Shown: one piece after another, positions 45,802-54,406 of the stretch
How positions within the stretch are numbered: position 1 is the first letter of the stretch
Layout: every line of letters starts with the position of its first letter
Virus record (IMG/VR): IMGVR_UViG_3300047472_000309
Span: 186,001 to 250,000 of that record
Length of the DNA stretch: 64,000 nucleotides
Direction: 5' to 3' (one strand)
Notes under the pieces: generated by a model
The model's input: only the letters and a program-made list of their open reading frames with translations
Databases searched by the model: none
Told to the model about the DNA's origin: nothing
Translations under genes and position numbers: made by a program

Positions 45802-45809
45802 CGTCTCCT

Positions 45810-46181
45810 TTAGGCGTGGGCGAAAGTCGGATGAGCTTTGATCACATCAGCCATCGCTGCGTAGAACTTTTGCATGTCGTCATCGCCACACGCATAGTAA
45901 AAGCCCTTGTACACATCCGGATCACACGCCCAGCGTACCCCAGTGTCAGTGTTGTTACCGTACGCCTGATCAGCGATCCCGAAGTCCGCCGGATTCAGCC
46001 CAGCATGCTGGATTGCCGTCAAGTACAGCGGCAATTGCGCCACCCGAAAGTTGGTCGCATGATCCATCGGAATGTTGTCGTCGGTAACGCCCGTATCCTG
46101 CGTGTCGTCAAAGCCGCATTGAAACGACTTGACGATCTTCTTTACACCAGGCAAATCAAAAATCATGTCCATCGTGATCAC
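45810..46181 (-). CDS. Acidic hypothetical protein
   Basis: 123 aa; GAGGTG RBS. Confidence 0.65.
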   Translation of the reverse strand: MITMDMIFDLPGVKKIVKSFQCGFDDTQDTGVTDDNIPMDHATNFRVAQLPLYLTAIQHAGLNPADFGIADQAYGNNTDTGVRWACDPDVYKGFYYACGDDDMQKFYAAMADVIKAHPTFAHA

Positions 46182-46212
46182 CTCATTCTAATTAACTACG
46201 CATTGATGAAAG

Positions 46213-46386
46213 TTACTGCTGCTCGCCCTTTTGCTTGGCTTCTTCCCAGGCTTTGAACGATTCTTGCCGAGTGTCACCGAAGCCAAAATACTTGTCGCAC
46301 TCGGTGATGTACTTCAGGTGCCCAAAGCCGACACGGCGCGGCTGGTTCAGGCGGGTAGTGGGCAGGCCCTTGATCATCAGTGCCAT
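46213..46386 (-). CDS. 57-aa protein missed by the ORF track
   Basis: MALMIKGLPTTRLNQPRRVGFGHLKY...; TAATG-coupled to a 10-codon ORF that has a strong RBS. Confidence 0.5.
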   Translation of the reverse strand: MALMIKGLPTTRLNQPRRVGFGHLKYITECDKYFGFGDTRQESFKAWEEAKQKGEQQ

Positions 46387-46459
46387 TACGGTTGCTCCAC
46401 TCGGGGTTTCTTGCTCATTTCATTCCCCTTCCACGGGTTTATCGATGTCGGGATACCGC

Positions 46460-46942
46460 TTACATCGTGACAAAGATGGTCTGTGACCAGCTGGTTGACT
46501 CCAGTACTCCGCCACTCACGGTAATGGTAAATGCCCCACTGCCTTCGGTCTTGATTTTGAACGTGATGTCGGTGTCAAACTCAACATCTTTGTACTCGAT
46601 TGTATCGATCACCCAATCGATCAGGCGACGGATGTCTTGTTCTGCGCGACTAGACTCACCCTCGCGCGTAAAGGTCCACGCGATGAGCGACTCCATGAAC
46701 ATCTGGAAGAGCCAGAACGAACGACCCTTGATTTTGAAGTCGTCTTCGTCCTTGTACTTCATGGACAATTCCATCGGCTGCTCAGCGGCTTCTTCGTTAT
46801 GCTGAAGCGGACCGTAGGCCGCCCGGACGTTAGAAAGATCGCGGTACAGCGCGATCGGATCAGTCGTGCACAACTCATCTGCGTACTTGCTAAAGAAATC
46901 AGCAGTGTATGCACCTACGAATTCAACTTGTTTCATGGTCAT
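46460..46942 (-). CDS. Acidic hypothetical protein
   Basis: 160 aa; GAGGAG RBS. Confidence 0.7.
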   Translation of the reverse strand: MTMKQVEFVGAYTADFFSKYADELCTTDPIALYRDLSNVRAAYGPLQHNEEAAEQPMELSMKYKDEDDFKIKGRSFWLFQMFMESLIAWTFTREGESSRAEQDIRRLIDWVIDTIEYKDVEFDTDITFKIKTEGSGAFTITVSGGVLESTSWSQTIFVTM

Positions 46943-47022
46943 TCTCCTCGTTGCAATAACGGAAATAAAAAGTGAAGCCCAGCGGAGATGCTCCCCGCAG
47001 GAAGCACCTCGACTTGGCTTAC

Positions 47023-47583
47023 TTAGCCTTGTGCAGCAGCGGCGAAGCCTGCCGTTTGGAAGCCGTCGCCTTCAGCCTGTTGCTTGCGCAGATACGCAGG
47101 CACGTCGACCTTGCTATAATCGCGCCCGCCGGTTGCAGCAGCCGAAGCCATCGCACCCGAGACCGCGGCTTCCGCTTCGGCCGCAGACGTGTCGCCCACG
47201 TTCATGTGCAGCGCCTGGCGACCGTCGGCGAGTGCCGGAGCCTGACCGTGTTCGACCATGATGGCCAGAACGCGCTTGTGTGCAGCCAGGGCATCGGGTT
47301 CCGCGGACTCGATGACCGAACCGTACTTGGCGAGTTCGAGCGGGATGAAGCCCTGCGCTTGCGCTTCCTTCCAGATGTGCGCGAAGAGGCGATGGTTCAG
47401 CGGCAGCGGCGTCGTATGACCCTTCAGGCAGAAGATCACTTCCTTCTCGATGATGCCGAGCGAACGGTTGCTGGCGATCAGGCGACCATGCTCACCGAAG
47501 TACGCGGCTTCCGTGTGGAAGAGGATTTCCAGTTGTTCGATTTGAATTTCTTTCGAACCAAAGATTGCCTTGAGGATACCCAT
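47023..47583 (-). CDS. Hypothetical protein with a C-terminal FtsZ-CTP-like motif (DVPAYLRKQ)
   Basis: AAGGAG RBS; globular N-terminus, Ala-rich linker, DYSKVDVPAYLRKQQA. Confidence 0.75.
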   Translation of the reverse strand: MGILKAIFGSKEIQIEQLEILFHTEAAYFGEHGRLIASNRSLGIIEKEVIFCLKGHTTPLPLNHRLFAHIWKEAQAQGFIPLELAKYGSVIESAEPDALAAHKRVLAIMVEHGQAPALADGRQALHMNVGDTSAAEAEAAVSGAMASAAATGGRDYSKVDVPAYLRKQQAEGDGFQTAGFAAAAQG

Positions 47584-47640
47584 TTTTATTGCTCCTTGTT
47601 AAGATTGTAAAAGGCTATGCGTTGATGGACTTAGTCTAAC

Positions 47641-47841
47641 TTACTTGCACTTGTCCTGAGTGCAAGCATGGGTGATCGGGTGGGAGTAGAAATACACTGC
47701 CGCCCCGATAGGAAAAACAAACATCAGGCACACGAAGATCACTGTGGCGATCGCCCCCATAGGCTGACCGAGAATATACGCATCAGTCGCGGCTTGTTCG
47801 CGCGGATCATCCAGTGCAGGAACATTCTTCTTCACATCCAC
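47641..47841 (-). CDS. Small single-pass membrane protein
   Basis: AAGGAG RBS; TM segment, C-terminal CxxxxC. Confidence 0.65.
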   Translation of the reverse strand: MDVKKNVPALDDPREQAATDAYILGQPMGAIATVIFVCLMFVFPIGAAVYFYSHPITHACTQDKCK

Positions 47842-47889
47842 TCCTTGATATGGTTTACCGTAAGATAAACCGCCGCGGTAAAAATCCGT

Positions 47890-48204
47890 TTAGTGATCGC
47901 TTGAGGCGGTGTACTGCTGCACCAGTTTGCGATAGGTAAAGAGTAATAACACAGCTTGGGTGCGAGCGGCCGTAAAGCAGTGCGCTTTCAGCAAGCCCAT
48001 AAAGAGCTCCAGGCGATTGCTGATCACCGGGTTGCCTTTGAGGGCATGGCCAAACGCACTCAGCTCGCCGTCTTTGTGCAGATGCTGTTGTTGGAGCTCG
48101 CGGATCTGCACCGCCAAGCACTCGATCTCGTTCAGAATCGTCGAAGTACTACCGCAGCGGCGATAGAACGTACGACACGCTTCAAAATCTTCAGCCCGCG
48201 GCAT
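47890..48204 (-). CDS. Hypothetical protein
   Basis: 104 aa; GGAG RBS. Confidence 0.65.
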   Translation of the reverse strand: MPRAEDFEACRTFYRRCGSTSTILNEIECLAVQIRELQQQHLHKDGELSAFGHALKGNPVISNRLELFMGLLKAHCFTAARTQAVLLLFTYRKLVQQYTASSDH

Positions 48205-48227
48205 GATCTTCTCCGAAAATGAATGGG

Positions 48228-48280
48228 CGGCATAAAGCGAAAAAGAGCCTGGCGGGAGACCGAAGCCTCAGCCGCCAGGT
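48228..48280 (-). terminator. Hairpin followed by TTTTTCGCTTTATGCCG
   Basis: CCTGGCGG/CCGCCAGG stem. Confidence 0.7.
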
Positions 48281-48305
48281 AAAGTCGCGTGGCGCCCCCT
48301 ACAAA

Positions 48306-48398
48306 TTACATCTTTAAACGAGTTGAGACGAGCCACACGACGAGCACGCCCAAAGCGACGCCCCATTCGATGGCCCACTTCTTCCAACGCGGCGGCAT
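48306..48398 (-). CDS. 30-aa hydrophobic peptide
   Basis: TAAGGAG RBS; MPPRWKKWAIEWGVALGVLVVWLVSTRLKM. Confidence 0.6.
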   Translation of the reverse strand: MPPRWKKWAIEWGVALGVLVVWLVSTRLKM

Positions 48399-48408
48399 GC
48401 CAGACTCC

Positions 48409-48687
48409 TTAATGCAGGGTGACAGAGGGTACACGTTGTGCACCACAGGATGCCTTTGCATTGTCGAGGATCTGTTCGCCGTATTCGAGGGCCTGGTCCG
48501 CCAGGTCTTTGAGCAAGTTAAGCTCGCCCTTCATCTGTTCGGGGATCGCATCACCCAAGCGATTGAAGTGTTCATGGATTTCTTGAGCCCGTGCCATCGT
48601 GAGCTGCAGACATTCGGTCACTTCGGTGAGGTTCACCGGACCAAAGACGATGTAGTGCTTCAGACGTTCAGCTTGCGTGCGTTGCAT
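48409..48687 (-). CDS. Hypothetical early helical protein
   Basis: GAGGAG RBS; first gene after promoter 48758. Confidence 0.7.
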   Translation of the reverse strand: MQRTQAERLKHYIVFGPVNLTEVTECLQLTMARAQEIHEHFNRLGDAIPEQMKGELNLLKDLADQALEYGEQILDNAKASCGAQRVPSVTLH

Positions 48688-48757
48688 GGTAACTCCTCAT
48701 TGATCAACTCATGGAAAGAATAAGGAAAGCGATTTAACTTCCCTAATTGCTAGGTTT

Positions 48758-48772
48758 GTTATATAGGGCTGA
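48758..48772 (-). promoter_or_regulatory. Phage early-promoter-like motif TCAGCCCTATATAAC
   Basis: Identical to 1433-1447; lies at the structural/accessory boundary. Confidence 0.8.
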
Positions 48773-48788
48773 AAATTAATTGAATCTG

Positions 48789-48824
48789 CGGCATAGAGGC
48801 GGAGTGTGAGCTCCGCCTCGTATG
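48789..48824. terminator. Hairpin flanked by outward-facing TATG on both strands
   Basis: CGGCATA-GAGGCGGAG-TGTGAG-CTCCGCCTC-G-TATG. Confidence 0.75.
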
Positions 48825-48873
48825 ACCTTTAGGTCTACTCACTCATTTAGTCGGAACAGTTTACAGGATGCTT

Positions 48874-49941
48874 TTAGTCAACCGTGAAGGGTGCCGTAGG
48901 CGGCGTGAAGTTTGCGGTGTAGCGCGCCAGGGCGCTGATGCGCAACTCGTCGAGATAGCCCTGCACCGGCAACGCAGTGTTCGCCGCATAGTTACCGACG
49001 GTCAGCGGGCTCGTGTTATCACCCCAGGTATTCGGACTCGTCTTGGTCATTACGGCGACGCCGTCGAGATACAGCGTGTAGGCGGTGCCGTGTTTGACAA
49101 AGGCGTAATGGTGCCAGTTACTAATGCTGGGGGCGGGCGACATATTGTATTCGCCGAGAGTATCCAAAGACGAATAGATATTGCCGCCGTAAATCTCGAT
49201 AATCGTCGTGCCCTTGTGAATGATCACCCCTTCGGCGTTCGAACTATTCAGATAGAGCCAGAACTCGATAGTGAAATCAGATTTCAAGTGCAGATTAGCG
49301 ACATCAGGTGTTTGAACATAACTGCCACTCACACCCAGCATGGACGAGCCACCAAATTTCGACTGGGCAGTAGACAAGGCTACGGTGCCCGTTCTGGTGA
49401 AGGTGTGCTGACCCGTGGTGTCGGTAAAAGTAGTGGAGCCATTCGCCCCGTCCATGTGCATGAGCAGAACAGTCTGGGGGGTCGCCCAGTTCAGATTCAC
49501 CGTCGCAGTGCCATCTTCGTAAATCAATGACCCGCTCGCCTGGATGGTGGCCGTAGCTGCTCCACCACCTGCTGGATAAGTCGGTGCGCTCACCCAGCTG
49601 ATTTCGCCGCGAATGAAACCATACCAGTCTGCCACCAAAGCGAGTGTGGCAGCCGGGTCGGTGGTACCACTGGGAATAACTACTGCGCCGGTTGGACTGG
49701 CTATTTCTGCCGCCAAGGCGAGACGCTTATACGTGATATCGACACTACCGATAAAGTTCGCATAATTACCCTGCGGGCCGGTGCCGGTCAAGGTCACTTT
49801 AGTATCTGCGCCATTGGCAAAAGAACCTGTTTGTAAATTACTCACCGTGACTTCATTGGGCAGATTAGGCGCCGAGGCATTCGTGGCGTCGATCAAAGCC
49901 AGCAGATTTTCTACCGGGGTTTTGCTAGGATTGATTTTCAT
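48874..49941 (-). CDS. Tail fibre protein: family-A attachment module plus LamG/ConA lectin domain
   Basis: LLALID..N...YKRL.L N-module; TVLLMHMDG...FTIEFW...WHHYAFV...GYLDELRIS..ARYT.NFTPP. Confidence 0.85.
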   Translation of the reverse strand: MKINPSKTPVENLLALIDATNASAPNLPNEVTVSNLQTGSFANGADTKVTLTGTGPQGNYANFIGSVDITYKRLALAAEIASPTGAVVIPSGTTDPAATLALVADWYGFIRGEISWVSAPTYPAGGGAATATIQASGSLIYEDGTATVNLNWATPQTVLLMHMDGANGSTTFTDTTGQHTFTRTGTVALSTAQSKFGGSSMLGVSGSYVQTPDVANLHLKSDFTIEFWLYLNSSNAEGVIIHKGTTIIEIYGGNIYSSLDTLGEYNMSPAPSISNWHHYAFVKHGTAYTLYLDGVAVMTKTSPNTWGDNTSPLTVGNYAANTALPVQGYLDELRISALARYTANFTPPTAPFTVD

Positions 49942-49944
49942 CTG

Positions 49945-51039
49945 TTAGTCCATCGTGAAAGGAGCCGCGGACGGGGTAAAGTTACTCGTGTAGCGCGCTA
50001 CACGAGAAATGCGCACTTCATCAATGTCGCCATTGAAGTAAAGTTCTGAACCCGCTGCCACCACCACTGCTCCAATCGATGCAGCATACACAGGGGTCGG
50101 CAGTGCATTACTGGCAGTGATTGAGGCTTTGGCAACCCCGTTGATGTAGATGGTCCAGACGTTGCCTGAACGCACTAATGCGACGTGCTGCCAAGTGTTA
50201 GCCACAATGGTGCCTGCGGCCGTGCCCAAGCCATTGATGAAGTACGAACCAGTGGAGGCGCTGTTTGACGCATACAGTGCCAGACCGCCGCCGGATGAAT
50301 ATAATTGCAAACCCCACGAACAGCAAATAATTCCGCGCTGCGCTGCATCGACCACGCTAGGGTTGATCCAGGCTTCGAGGGTGAAGTCACCAGCCTGAAA
50401 ATTCATCAGGCTATTAGAAAACGTCAGGGCGGCTGCACCGTTAAAAGCAGCCGAGCCTGCGCCGAACTTCTTCGCGGCTGTACTGAGTGTGACCGCACTA
50501 TTAGTAAGGGTGGCGCCGCCGTCATCGGTAAAGGGGATGGCATCAGCGTGGACCAGCAGATTAGTGAGCGGTTGGGTCCAGTTGACCGTGACGCTGGTCG
50601 AGCCGTCCTCGTAGACGTAGGAGCCACTTGATTGCAGCGTCACCGAGCCATTACCTGAACTCGCGGGAATCGTCAAACCGGGGGCGGTAATTTCACCCGG
50701 AATGAAGCCGTAATAGTTCTCGATCGCAAGCAGCGCAGCCGCGAGCGACGATGCGCGAGACACGGCAAGCGTACCGGTCGGGCTTGCTGTTTCTGCCGCC
50801 AGCGTCAGGCGCTTATACGTCACATCGACGCTGCCGGTAAAGTTGGCGTAATTACCCTGCGGGCCTGCACCAGTGAGGGTTATCTTCGTATCGGCGCCGT
50901 TCGCATACGTGCCTGACTGAAGGTTACTCACTGTCACCTCATTGGGAAGATTCGGCGCGGAAGGGTTCGAGGCATCAATAAGTGCCAACAGGTTTTGAAG
51001 GGCACTCTTACTCGGATCAATTTTCATACTGGTCGCCAA
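49945..51039 (-). CDS. Tail fibre protein: family-A module plus LamG domain; recent paralogue of 48874..49941
   Basis: Near-identical N-terminus; DFTLEAWI...WQHVALVR...GDIDEVRISR. Start may be ATG 51027. Confidence 0.85.
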   Translation of the reverse strand: MATSMKIDPSKSALQNLLALIDASNPSAPNLPNEVTVSNLQSGTYANGADTKITLTGAGPQGNYANFTGSVDVTYKRLTLAAETASPTGTLAVSRASSLAAALLAIENYYGFIPGEITAPGLTIPASSGNGSVTLQSSGSYVYEDGSTSVTVNWTQPLTNLLVHADAIPFTDDGGATLTNSAVTLSTAAKKFGAGSAAFNGAAALTFSNSLMNFQAGDFTLEAWINPSVVDAAQRGIICCSWGLQLYSSGGGLALYASNSASTGSYFINGLGTAAGTIVANTWQHVALVRSGNVWTIYINGVAKASITASNALPTPVYAASIGAVVVAAGSELYFNGDIDEVRISRVARYTSNFTPSAAPFTMD

Positions 51040-51077
51040 AATGAGGAGAGGTCATAAAATGCCCGTGTACGAATTGA

Positions 51078-51110
51078 CGGCATAAAAAAGCGGAGCCGAA
51101 GCCCCGCTTT
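51078..51110 (-). terminator. Terminator (UUCG loop) followed by TTTTTTATGCCG
   Basis: AAAGCGGGGC-TTCG-GCTCCGCTTT. Confidence 0.85.
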
Positions 51111-51128
51111 TCCTCAGCACTGAAATGC

Positions 51129-51677
51129 TTAGCTGGCGGCGTCGAAACCCGAGAGATCCGTCGTCGCAACAGCCGTGGACAGCGCAACCTGCGGCGCTTG
51201 CCAGGTCATGGCGATTGCTTGCAGCGAACCGTCCACGTACAGCAACGAACCCGCATTGGCCACCAGATCGAGCGTGGCCTGATTGCCGCTCTGCGCACCC
51301 GAAAGCGCCACGCCGGGATCGGCCGGATCTTCAAGATGCACTTCCGAGGCCACGAGGCCGAGCTGGGCGGCCAGTGCCGTGACGATGTCAGCGGCTGTGG
51401 TGCCGGTGGTCGCGGTATAGCTATCGACCGGGCTGAGCACCGAGTCGTTCAGACCCCGGCGCGTGTAGTTGACCGAGACCGAACCCGTGTAGCCCTGACC
51501 ACCAACGGCCGTCAGTGCCACTGTGGTATTACGGCCGTCGCCCGTATCGGACTTGACGCTGGGTGCACCTGCAGTCACTTGCGTGTTCGTGATCGTTTGG
51601 CCGGTGTTAGCAGCATTGACGAGCGCGAGCAGGTTGTCCAACGCCGACAACGATGCGTTGATTTTTGCCATTTCCAT
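51129..51677 (-). CDS. Family-A module-only virion protein
   Basis: LLALVNAAN...GRNTTV.LT...YTGSVSVNYTR; ends TDLSGFD. Confidence 0.75.
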   Translation of the reverse strand: MEMAKINASLSALDNLLALVNAANTGQTITNTQVTAGAPSVKSDTGDGRNTTVALTAVGGQGYTGSVSVNYTRRGLNDSVLSPVDSYTATTGTTAADIVTALAAQLGLVASEVHLEDPADPGVALSGAQSGNQATLDLVANAGSLLYVDGSLQAIAMTWQAPQVALSTAVATTDLSGFDAAS

Positions 51678-51759
51678 TCCTTAAAGGGAGTGTTCTACTG
51701 CGGCTTGCGCACCTCTTTTTTATAAGAGATACACATAAGATTCAAATATTTTTTACTTC

Positions 51760-53307
51760 TTAGTCTATCGTGAATGCCGCAGCAGGCGGGGTGAAGTTTG
51801 CCGAGTAACGAGCAATCTTACTAAGGCGTAGCTCATCGATCCGGCCACTGAACGGCAGGTACGTGCTACCATTCAGGAAGCTACCGATCCACAACGCATA
51901 GTTGTTGCTACCAAACGTCGCGGAGCTCGTAACAGACTGAACCAATACCCCATCAACAAAACACGACCAGGTGTTGCCAGAGCGCACAAACGCAAAGTGC
52001 TGCCACGTTCCAACTTTGGTCTTCGACGAGTCCGGTGTGCCGACGATGACAGTGCCATCGGGACCCAAGATACGAACCAATCCACTAGTGGACTGGATGT
52101 ACTGATACCCGGCCTGCGCCGAAGTACCTTTGGACAGGATCATGCCGTTCTGGGTTATGTTGGTGTGCCATGCCCAGAATTCGATCGTGAGATCGCCCGT
52201 AAAGCTCAGATCCCCTGGATCGGTCACTGCAAGATAACCGGAACCCGACGGGAAATAGCCCGCCCCAAACATGCCGACGCTGCCTGCTGCCGCTGCGCCG
52301 TTGTTCGTCACCGTATGGCTGAGAACTTCCGTGTAGCCGGTATTGCCTGCATTATCGAAATGCATCAACAGCTTCGTACTGGCGGCAGGTCCTTGACCGG
52401 CAGCGTTGGCAAAGCCCGGCAGATTCAAGCTAGTGACCGCCGCGCTCAGCGCCACTGTGTTCATCAGGTAGACGTCGGTACCCGGCTTATACACGTAACT
52501 GTTTGCATCAGCCACCAGGTGAAGCTTGGTGGTGCCTGCAGCAACGGGACCGTCTACCACATCCATCGGATCAAGGGCCAAGCCATACTTCGTGTTGACC
52601 TGCGCGATCAGGGCACGGATCGTCGTGGCCGAGGCGATCGTACCGAGCAACCAGGTGTTATTGGCGCCACCTAGAAACGCGTTCGCAATATCCGTGCGAT
52701 TGTAATACAGCTTGTACGTGCCCGAGTACTGCTGCAGCAACGTCCCGATCGGCGCCACCGTCACGTAGGTGTTACAGTTCAGCTTCGAACTATCTACAAC
52801 GGGCGCGCTCACCGATAACTGCGACTGGGAGATCGTCTGCTTCGCGTCAGCCTGAATCAATGCCCACAAGCCCGTCAAACCACCTGTCTTGACCTGGGCC
52901 AGTTTCTTCTGCATGACGAATGCAGAGATTTGACGCAACTGACCTTTGGTTGACGACTTCTGCATCACAAAAGCTGACACCTGACGCAGCGCGCCACTAC
53001 TGGACAGCTTCGTCCACGTCACAGCAGGCATTGCCCGGAACCGGGCCGTCAGCGCATCCTGCGTCCATTGCAAGGCTGCCACGCGCCGAATTGACACTGC
53101 GGGATAATCTTGCGACCATTGCAGGGCTGTCACCTTACGCAACGTAACTGGGGTGGGTGAGCTGAACCACTGCACCGCCTGCATCTGACGGAAATACGCG
53201 TTGATGTTTTGTGTCGTCCACACGACAGGCGCGGCTTGACGAACCTGGGCACTGCTGCTCGTTCCTTGCCACACCAGTGGAGCGAAGTAGCGAATTGTTG
53301 TCGTCAT
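51760..53307 (-). CDS. Fibre/scaffold protein: eight 17-aa repeats, family-A module and LamG domain
   Basis: Arg at residues 6, 23, 40, 57, 74, 91, 108, 125; YKLYYNRTDI; LLMHFD...GRIDELRLSKIARY. Confidence 0.85.
   Translation of the reverse strand: MTTTIRYFAPLVWQGTSSSAQVRQAAPVVWTTQNINAYFRQMQAVQWFSSPTPVTLRKVTALQWSQDYPAVSIRRVAALQWTQDALTARFRAMPAVTWTKLSSSGALRQVSAFVMQKSSTKGQLRQISAFVMQKKLAQVKTGGLTGLWALIQADAKQTISQSQLSVSAPVVDSSKLNCNTYVTVAPIGTLLQQYSGTYKLYYNRTDIANAFLGGANNTWLLGTIASATTIRALIAQVNTKYGLALDPMDVVDGPVAAGTTKLHLVADANSYVYKPGTDVYLMNTVALSAAVTSLNLPGFANAAGQGPAASTKLLMHFDNAGNTGYTEVLSHTVTNNGAAAAGSVGMFGAGYFPSGSGYLAVTDPGDLSFTGDLTIEFWAWHTNITQNGMILSKGTSAQAGYQYIQSTSGLVRILGPDGTVIVGTPDSSKTKVGTWQHFAFVRSGNTWSCFVDGVLVQSVTSSATFGSNNYALWIGSFLNGSTYLPFSGRIDELRLSKIARYSANFTPPAAAFTID
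52906..53292 (-). repeat. Eight tandem 17-codon (51-nt) repeats, consensus R-x-h-x-A-h-x-W/M
   Basis: RYFAPLVW, RQAAPVVW, RQMQAVQW, RKVTALQW, RRVAALQW, RAMPAVTW, RQVSAFVM, RQISAFVM at an exact 17-aa period. Confidence 0.9.
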
Positions 53308-53317
53308 TCACTCCTCC

Positions 53318-54391
53318 TTAGTTAGTGGGCGTCAGTACGAACTGAGTCTGATTAATCTTCGTGCCCGTCCAGCTCGCACCATCCGGTGCTTTTGTCTGCC
53401 AAGGCAACTTCTGGTTTAGTACCAATCCATTGCCATTGGCAAACTGACCAAGCGATGAGACGTTACTGGAAGCGTCCGTAAAGGTCGCTGCAATCTTGGC
53501 TGGACCGGCCGCACTGGGTTGAAATGAGAGCGTCGGTTGAACTGCCAGGACTTTCTGGCCAGTATCATTAACCGTGGCGAGCATCGTCACCGCCAGGGAC
53601 TGGTTATCTACCGGAGACTGCGCATACGGACTGATGACAGGCGGGTTCTGGTTAGCCGTATTGAGTACCGTCACCAGATCGGCTGCGCCGTTGGGTGTCC
53701 ATTCCGAGCCAGAGACGGCCGCCGCGCGCGACGCTTTGGCGCGAATCGGCCCCAGTCGACCCGGCGTCGATGCATCTACATCCAGGAAGTAGAAATCGCG
53801 ATAGCCGCGCGCGTAATTCGCGCTGCCGGTCGACGCACCCCCAAAGGTAATGTAGCCGGTGCTGGCAAATACAGCGGACGTCACTGTACCGGAATTGATC
53901 AGAATGCCGTTGCCGTATACCTGGAACGTCAGCGCGACGCGATCGATAAAGACCTCGATGTAGATCTCACCACCCACTCCCACCATCCCTGCTGCGATCA
54001 GATGTGACTCATCGAGCAGCGAAGTCCAGCTACCGAAGGACGTGTTGCTGGACACGATGACAACGTGGCACGCCCCCACCGTGTTATTCACGATCAACTT
54101 CGTGCGGAAACCAAACCAATACTGCGTTGCCCCACTCCAGTCTTGCACGGCTGCGGTGGGCACGAAAAGCGCCCCACATTGTCCGGACGAATTGGCAGCG
54201 TTCGACAGAAAGCCATCGGCCGTCACGGAGAAGATGTTGCTTGGGGTACTGTTATTAACGTAGGTGAGCGGCTGACCGACGTTGCCAGTGTACTGGTTAT
54301 AGATCGTGTTGCCGTTATAACTCGATCCAGCAGCACTCAGTGTCATCCCCACTGGCGCATTCTCAAAATGCCACAAATCGTGAAGGGCCAT
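53318..54391 (-). CDS. Family-B virion/fibre protein (probable beta-sandwich)
   Basis: MALHDLWHFE; FGFRTK; YIEVFID; RGYRDFYFLD...RLGPI. Confidence 0.75.
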   Translation of the reverse strand: MALHDLWHFENAPVGMTLSAAGSSYNGNTIYNQYTGNVGQPLTYVNNSTPSNIFSVTADGFLSNAANSSGQCGALFVPTAAVQDWSGATQYWFGFRTKLIVNNTVGACHVVIVSSNTSFGSWTSLLDESHLIAAGMVGVGGEIYIEVFIDRVALTFQVYGNGILINSGTVTSAVFASTGYITFGGASTGSANYARGYRDFYFLDVDASTPGRLGPIRAKASRAAAVSGSEWTPNGAADLVTVLNTANQNPPVISPYAQSPVDNQSLAVTMLATVNDTGQKVLAVQPTLSFQPSAAGPAKIAATFTDASSNVSSLGQFANGNGLVLNQKLPWQTKAPDGASWTGTKINQTQFVLTPTN

Positions 54392-54406
54392 GTTCGTTAC
54401 TCTCTA

